Part shown: positions 56,043 to 64,000 of the stretch, piece by piece
How positions within the stretch are numbered: position 1 is the stretch's first letter
Layout of the letters: the number at the start of each line of letters is the position of its first letter
DNA from: Eledone cirrhosa
Lineage: Eukaryota
DNA length: 64,000 nt
Assembly: GCA_964016885.1 (NCBI GenBank)
Contig: OZ024742.1
Span: forward strand, 143,282,001-143,346,000
Direction: 5' to 3'
The notes under the pieces: model-generated
Told to the model about the DNA's origin: nothing
The model's input: the letters and a program-made list of their open reading frames with translations, nothing else
Database searches by the model: none
Position numbers and translations under genes: made by a program

Positions 56043-56505
56043 ATATATATATATATATATATGTACAGCCACCGGAAATAACATCTGTGAAATAAACAAC
56101 TCTATCTATCTGCTTAGCTAGCTACCTCACCGTGACAACAACAAACAACCCTTAAGCCACCAAAAATAAAACGCCCACGCAGCGGCTAAACATCAAACGA
56201 TTATTTTTGTATAAATAGAGTGGTTCCAAAGACTTTCGCCAGTCGACCTTTGGCAGAGTCAGCTCGCGTATCGTTGTTCCTCTCCTCTGCCACGCTTGTC
56301 ACTCACACACTCCTTGTACCTCTGTATCGTTGCTTCATGTATGAAAATAAATATCTGACCGAAACTACATCTCTCGCCTTGCTCGTCCTTTCAACTTCTT
56401 CCTTCGTCTGTTCATCCTTACCGTATGCGACAACAGTCCTTTTAAAGGCTATCCTCAGATCCGATCAGAAGTAGTGACCAGATCGACTAACCACGTCACT
56501 ACAAT

Positions 56506-56537
56506 TGGTGACCCCGACGTGATTCAAACACGCAACC
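56506..56537 (+). promoter_or_regulatory. Primer-binding site complementary to tRNA-Trp 3' end (extended)
   Basis: TGGTGACCCCGACGTGATTCAAACACGCAACC; reverse complement GGTTGCGTGTTTGAATCACGTCGGGGTCACCA. Confidence 0.88.
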
Positions 56538-56569
56538 AGACAGCAGCCTAACAAGAAACCAACACGAAC

Positions 56570-59500
56570 ATGTCACAACCAATGACAGAGGCCGAGATTT
56601 CAGAACTGCGGGCTATGATTAGAGAGCGGGTTGGTCAAATTAAAGCCCTCTCAAATCAAGTAGAAAACCTGACCCTTCGAACACACCGGCGACGCAGCAA
56701 CAGTCGATCCAGGCCCTTTCACTGTCGAAGATCCAGAAGTCCCAGTCAAAATCGTGTGTCTGGCAACCTCTGCTGGTTTCACACAGAATTCGGCGCACAG
56801 GCATCTAAATGCAAGGCCCCGTGCTCTTTCCAGAATACCACCCAGGGAAACGGGCAGACCAGGGCCTAGCGACGAGGTTCACCCCTGGTACTGAGAAGAA
56901 AAGTCGTCTATTTTTATCAACGACCAAGCGACAGGCGTCCGTTACCTCGTGGATACAGGAGCCCAGGTTAGTGTTATTCCTGTTTCACTAGTCTCGAGAA
57001 AAAGACATCCACCACATTCCTTTCTGCAGGCAGTGAACCGATCGTCAATTCCGACTTTCGGAGAGAAATCACTGACCCCCAATTTAGGCCTGAGGCGTCG
57101 TTTTCAATGGGTTTTCGTCGTGGCAGACCTGCCGACCCCTATCTTAGGAGCCGATTTTCTCCACCACTTCACCTTCTGGTGGACATGAAGAACCGGAGGC
57201 TTATCGACACCACCACAAACCTCATTGTGAGAGGTATATTTACCACGCAATCCACAGTGAGCCCTGTAATTTGCCAGTCAGAGCCTTCGCGTTACAACTG
57301 CATTCTCCAGAAATACCCAGACATCACTCGCCCGGTATTTAAGGATGGACCTATTAAAAATAGTGTCACACATCATATCGAGACAAAAGGAGTACCCACA
57401 GCTGCCCGACCAAGGAGACTGCCTCCAGCCCGATTGAGAATCGCCAAACAGGAGTTTCAACACATGCTAGACCTTCGAATCATTCGCCCTTCCTCCAGAA
57501 ACTGGTCTGCACCCCTACACCTTGTTCCTAAGAAAACAGAATGATTGGCGACCATGTGGGGATTATCGTGCACTCAACATTTCTACAGTACCCGATAATT
57601 ACCCTGTACCTCACTTGCACGACTTTTCTGTCTCTCTGCAAGGCGCACGCATCTTTTCCAAGATAGATTTGGTGCGAGTATATAACCAGATACCTATGGA
57701 GCCTGCTGATGTTCCGAAGACCGTTCGGTTTATTTGAATTCCTGCGAATGCCGTTCGGTCTGCGCAACGCTGCACAAACTTTTCAGCGGTTTATTGACAT
57801 CGTGTTACGTGATCTACCCTTTGTATACGCGTATATCGACGACATGCTAGTAGCAAGTACTTCCGAGCAAGAACACGAGAAGCACTTACATCTCCTTTTC
57901 CAACGTTTGGCCGAGTACGGTATTATCATCAACCCCAGCAAGTGCCTTCTCGGCGTTCCTTCATTGTCATTTCTCGGGCACATCATTGATAAAGACGGTA
58001 TTAGTCAACTTCCTGAGAAAGTAGAAGCTATCCGCAATTTTCCCGCACCTACATCACTTCGGAAACTGCGTGAATTCCTCGGTTTGGTGAATTTCTATAG
58101 GCGTTTCATCCCTCATTGTGCCGACGCAGCCAGACTCCTCACGGACCTTCTTCGCAACCGGACTCGGAAAAACGAAAACATCACTCTGAACGAGGAAGAA
58201 TTAACATCTTTCAATCGCCTGAAGGAAATGTTGGCAAACCCTTCCATGCTCGTTTTCCCCAGATCTGGCGCTCCTCTTTCGCTACTACTGGACGCATCAG
58301 ACACGGGGGTTGGAGGCCTTTTACAACAATATGTCGACGGCGTTCGGCAACCCTTATCCTTCTTTTCTAAGCGGTTGCAACCTGCAGAAACCAAATACAG
58401 TACGTTTGGCCGCGAACTCTTGGCAACCTACCTTTCAGTTAAACATTTTCGTCACATGCTCGAAGGATCGGATTTCCTGACCATAAACCACTAGTTTATG
58501 CGCTCCGTACCAAACCTGATCGACATTCACCGAGAGAACTCCGCCACCTGGATTTTGTCTCCCAATATTCAACTGATATTCGGCATATCAAGGGATCAGA
58601 CAACGTAGCAGCCGACGCCCTGTCCCGAATCCAGCTGAACGCAATACATGTACATTCAGGCATCGACCTTCAACAGATCGCAGCTGACCAAGAGACTGAC
58701 GAAGGGTTTATCAAGCTCCGAGATTCGCCATCCCTCAAGTTTCAGCAAGTTCCCATTCCTTCTTCTCCGGGACAAATTTGGTGCGACCTTTCTACCGGTC
58801 ATGAACGACCGTACCACAGATGCATCGTCGACAAGTTTTTTCTGCTTTACACTGCTTGTCTCGCCTGAGAATCCGGGCTACACAGAAACTCATCTCTGCT
58901 CGTTTTGTGTGGAATAACATTAACAAGGACGTGCGCGACTGGTCCAGGAGCTGCATTGCTTGCCAGAAAGCCAAAGTCCCCAGACACATCAAAACTCCAC
59001 TAGGCACATTCGTGCAACCTGATGCACGTTTTCATCATGTGCATATCGACATCACAGAATTGCCCACCTGCATAGATCAATTTTCCAGTTGGCCTGAGGC
59101 TTTTCCCATAAGTGATACCTCAGCGGAAACAGTCACTAAAACTTTGTTTTATACTGGGTATCACGTGATGGCGCCCCAGAGAAGATAACAACGGACAGAG
59201 GATGCCAATTTGACTCCCACCTCTTCAGGGAACTGACTCGCCTGTTAGGAAATAAACACATCTGCACGACAGCTAATGGTCTCGTGGAAAGATTCCATCA
59301 CCAATTGAAAGCTGCCATAAAAGCGTATCCAGACAAGACCCACTGGTTTGAATACCTGCCACTCATCCTTCTGGGCATTCGATCCACCGTTAAGGAGGAA
59401 TTCGGGCACACACCTGCAGAATTAGTGTACGGCACCACCCTGGTTCTACCTGGTCAGATGGTTGCTCCCATCTCTCCTCAGGACGTTCCAGACCCAGGAT

Positions 59501-59900
59501 CATATGTACACCGACATCTTCGACAATATATGTCTCACCTTGCTCCTGCAAGCACCCGTCAACAGAACACGGCCACACATGTACCTTCAGACATCAAAGA
59601 TTGGACACATGTTTTCGTCCGAAACGACACAATCTCAGCTCATCTTCGACCTCCATACTCTGGCCCCTATCGTGCTCTAAAAAAATATCCGAAATATTTT
59701 ATTCTCGATCTAATGGTAAACAGAATTCTGTCAGCGTGGGCAGATTAAAAAAAGCCATCATGGATACTGTTACAGTCTCCACACCAGAAACTCCAACAGA
59801 TTGCTGTCCCAGCAAGCCACCTGTTTCATCTCCAGTCACGAGAAGTGGACGACGTGTCCATTGGCCCGCCAAGTTGGCACAATATGTGAATTACCGTTAA
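56570..59900 (+). pseudogene. gag (internally deleted) and pol of the Gypsy element
   Basis: LCWFHTEFGAQASKCKAPC; slippery GGGAAAC 56845-56851; DTGA protease; MPFGL and YIDD RT; DAS RNase H; H..C..C and ERFH integrase; multiple frameshifts. Confidence 0.92.
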
Positions 59901-61237
59901 CCTCAAGTGAGTTTCTTAATCATTCTTCTTGCAAAACATTTCCATTTTCCTTGTGTTTACTATTTCCAGTTTCAAATACAATGAACTTTCTGCTTGAACA
60001 ATTGCAATTTTTAGTGACAATGTCACGAAGAACATTATTTATAATGAACATTATCTATTACAAACATTATTTAAGAACAAACATTGTGTATACCATTGTG
60101 TATAACATTTTTTCTTCTCTCTCTTGTTTTGCAAACATTTTTTTATTTTCCATGTTCTGCAATATTAATTCTGTAATTGCCATACTTTTTATATACATAC
60201 AAGGCGTGTATATATTCTATTTTCCATGCACACTACACAACCACGTTTGTTTCACCTTTCGTTCATACACTGAGCAATAGATATTTTGTCCCTCTAACTC
60301 TTACACTACAAAATGTTTTCTCTTTGATCACGCATTTCACAAATCGCATACTCAAAACACTGGCCTTCTGTTTTACGCACACATTCACTCAATAGCTCGA
60401 GAATGCCTCGTTATTTTTTTACCACATGCATTCGTTCAAGTCATATGCTTTGGAGCAAACTGTTACTTTTAAGCAACATGCTTACGGCCATTCATTTCAC
60501 ACATTACGGTTATTTTCACTGCTCTGTTAGACTTTTAGTCATGCAGCTCAACCCAAATGCAACATGCTCATTGATCACGCCTGCATAAATTTGGTCAAAG
60601 TCATTTTATAGTTTATTTTTTTTCTTCCTGACACACACATCTTGCCATACCATCTCTACATCAACTCTGTCCTATACTCGATGATCACCAAATTTCAATA
60701 CGTGCTGGACACTCCTTGGGCTATTGTCATGACAAATGCACCACTGGCTCATTACTATACGATGTTTCGCTCTTTTGTTGTACAAAAGATCTGGCAGGGG
60801 GATAATGTACAGCCACCGGAAATAACATCTGTGAAATAAACAACTCTATCTATCTGCTTAGCTAGCTACCTCACCGTGAAACAAACAACCCTTAAGCCAC
60901 CATAATAAAACGCCCACGCAGCGGCTGAACATCAAATGATTATTTTTGTATAAATAGAGTGGTTCCAAACACTTTCGCCAGTCGACCTTTGGCAGAGTCA
61001 GCTCGCGTATCGTTGTTCCTCTCCTCTGCCACGCTTGTCACTCACACACGCCTTGTACCTCTGTATCGTTGCTTCATGTATGAAAATAAATAGCTGACTG
61101 AAACTACATCTCTCGCCTTGCTCGTCGTTTCAACTTCTTCCTTCGTCTGTTCATCCTTACCGTATGCGATAACAGTCCTTTTAAAGGCTATCCTCAGATC
61201 CGATCAGAAGTAGTGACCAGACCGACTAACCACGTCA

Positions 61238-61383
<146 letters not shown>

Positions 61384-61384
61384 G

Positions 61385-61415
<31 letters not shown>

Positions 61416-61422
<7 letters not shown>

Positions 61423-61663
61423 GTAGTTTAGAAAGCCACAACAATGTAGAAGGGAAATCTCGAGGTAGGAAGTGAGTGAGAAATAGGAGAAAAGTGAAAA
61501 TTGAGAGAAACGAAAAAGGAAAACAAAACAAAGGTAGAAGGGTTACCTTTGTTTTGTTTTCCTTTTTCGTTTCTCTCAATTTTCACTTTTCTCCTATTTC
61601 TCACTCACTTCCTACCTCGAGATTTCCATCTGCATTGTTGTGGCTTTCTAAACTACATATTTT
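61416..61663. repeat. Fold-back hairpin with about 120-bp arms
   Basis: AAAATATGTAGTTTAGAAAGCC..ACAAAGGTA / TACCTTTGT..GGCTTTCTAAACTACATATTTT; short loop. Confidence 0.9.
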
Positions 61664-61809
61664 ACATATTTCACAATGCTTCAAGCAAACTTTAGCACCC
61701 TCTTATATATATATATATATGTATATATACACACAATGTTTAATATAGAAAACGCTTCTACAGTATGTTTGAGTACCTTACTTACTGTGGTTACCCCGGA
61801 TTGAACCCG

Positions 61810-61916
<107 letters not shown>

Positions 61917-62831
61917 TACACATACACACTCCCACTCACACACGCACATATATATATATGTACATATGCTAAATATCAAGAAGTATATGTTATATTTATA
62001 AGTAAACGTATATAAAGAGGTCTGTGTACATGTGTTTATGTGTTAGTATATATATATATATATATATATATATCAATATGTGAATAGAAAAGATAATGTC
62101 GGAAGATGCTTGTAGCTTCACAGTTTCTTCGTATATATTTCATGTCGAACCAGAAATAGAAATCATAATAGGAACAAAGATAAAAACAAACTTTTTGACG
62201 CACAAATAACTATATAAGCACGCAGCAGTACCAACAGCAGTACCAACAGCAGTACCAACAGCAGCATCATCATCAGTAGTAACAAAAACAAAAACATCAA
62301 TTAAATGTCAAATGTTATATAGTGCTGCCCAAGAATATAATGAGTGTACCTGTTTAGTGATAATTATTTGTAGAACTACGAAGCAGTAGGTTATTCTTTT
62401 GAGCCATACAAACATTGCGGCGATATAATTATTCTATTCGAAAAAAAAAAAGTATAAAAAAAAGAAAAGAAACAATCCTCTAGGCACCTTTACACCTTGT
62501 ATGAATATGATCCCTTAGGAAACACGGTGCATTAAGAATCCATTTTGTGTTAATAAAAATAAATTGGAGAAATCAGACCGAAACGTGCCAAAGGACTTTT
62601 GGCAAAATAGTAAAAGCAAAAACAACAACAACAACAAAAAATGTGTTGTGGTGAGGTTGTGATTCTGTGGGAAGTGAGATGAGGCGTTCAAGATAGCTTT
62701 CATTGAAATCAAGATAGTTTCATGAAGAAATCTCTAATATTTCTTGTGCTGCTATCTTCCAGCCGTATCTATCAATGTTTATTTTTCTCATGTTTCCCAC
62801 CTTGCGGATTTTCAACTCAAATAAGTGGGTT

Positions 62832-62866
<35 letters not shown>

Positions 62867-63179
62867 ACACACACACACACACACACACTCACTCACTCAC
62901 TCACTCACTCACTCACTCACTCACTCACTCTCACACACACACACTCGCTCTCTCTCTCACACACGCACACTCTCTCTCTCTCACACACACACACACTCGC
63001 TCTCTCTCTCACACACACACACACTCTATCTCACACACACACACACACGCACTCTCTCTCTCTCCCTCTCTTCACCCCCCCACACACAAGCGTGCTCACG
63101 CGTGCACACACACGCACGGATAAATATACCAAAGAAATAAAGAAAACACATGAATCATGTGACAACTACTAGGAGGAGG

Positions 63180-64000
63180 AAAATGGTTTTTTGAATCTGA
63201 CTGATAAAATGACAAGTCACTCAATCATATTGGTGGCCTCCCCCACATCCCCGATGTACAGAATGGAGAAGGCGTTTCCCCGGAGGACGGCAAGGGAGAC
63301 GCGCTGGAAAAGCCACTCCAACTAGCGGGGCTCACACCTGCGGCTGGCCAGCTCAGCGCCTATGGTGGTGAGTAGGGAGGTATCCCTAGGGTCGAGGACA
63401 CCAGAAGTCTCCACTGCCAAGGGTACAACCGCAAACCTGTTGGAGAGCGACCAGTACTTGAAGAGCTTGGCCTCTTCAGCCCGACGTGCAGCAGAACCTG
63501 GGTTAGTCGCAGACTCACTGGCCTTGCCGGCGTTTCTTTCGTCGGTAAACTCATGCAGGGTTCTCCAAAACAATAGAACCCTCTGTGTTCAGGGAACGTG
63601 AGGCTGCCTGTTAGACGTGGGACCGGCTGAACTTATCCCAGTAGACGTCCCTCATCCTTCTCCCCCTGTTGACGTCAAGTGCCCCCAAAGCATTTGGGAT
63701 GCCATACAGTGCAGCCTGGCTTCACACAGGCTCACGCGCCAGCTCGACCAGCACCGCCTTGCCTGTTTTCGTGCGGCCTCCAAACCCCACTGTGATGTTT
63801 GGCTCCATCCTTGCCCTCCTTCTCCACTGGCACGCAGCTCGATAACAATAGCCTGCGCATCAGCGTTTCCTTGAGGCTCGGCCTCTGGATCTGCGAGCCA
63901 CACCAATGTCGCTGTGGATCCACCATGGACACTTTCGGCCTCCCCCCGCTTTCCTGTCGCCACAGTGCCGGTCGCCTTCCACGCCATGTGTCCTCAACGA
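63180..64000. mobile_element. CRE-like RLE non-LTR retrotransposon fragment with inverted 5' part; runs off the window end
   Basis: Minus: GSAARRAEEAKLFKY..VPLAVETSG..FQRVSLAVLRGNA. Plus: AASKPH..WL..LRLGL..PHQCRCG..LSCRHSAGRLPRH. Confidence 0.75.

Overview
Gene-free, repeat-saturated animal DNA. It is AT-rich with long (TA)n/(CA)n/(TATG)n/(GA)n tracts; the SINE and LINE types suggest an octopod cephalopod (inference from recognition, not a database hit). No host protein-coding gene is supported. The window is a nested stack of retroelements: Penelope-like elements (PLEs) of three types (two Naiad-type relics, a 5'-inverted copy at 5.9-8.0 kb, and a very C-rich family with a near full-length copy at 44.3-48.9 kb), RTE, R4/Dong, CR1-group, Tx1/L1-like and CRE-like LINE pieces, about 10 copies of a Nin-domain tRNA-SINE, a Sola2-like DNA transposon relic and a two-LTR CsRn1-type Gypsy element. 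The most interesting signals are in the RNA structure: (i) a complete HDV-like ribozyme fold heading an internally deleted RTE that co-inserted with a second short retroelement under one 13-bp target-site duplication; (ii) several hammerhead ribozyme motifs in PLE termini and fold-back hairpins; (iii) a 32-nt (rather than 18-nt) tRNA-Trp primer-binding site; (iv) a UGA at the conserved C-terminal Cys of a Naiad-type endonuclease, with a weak SECIS-like hairpin downstream. Coordinates of degraded elements are approximate and family assignments rest on motifs read by eye.
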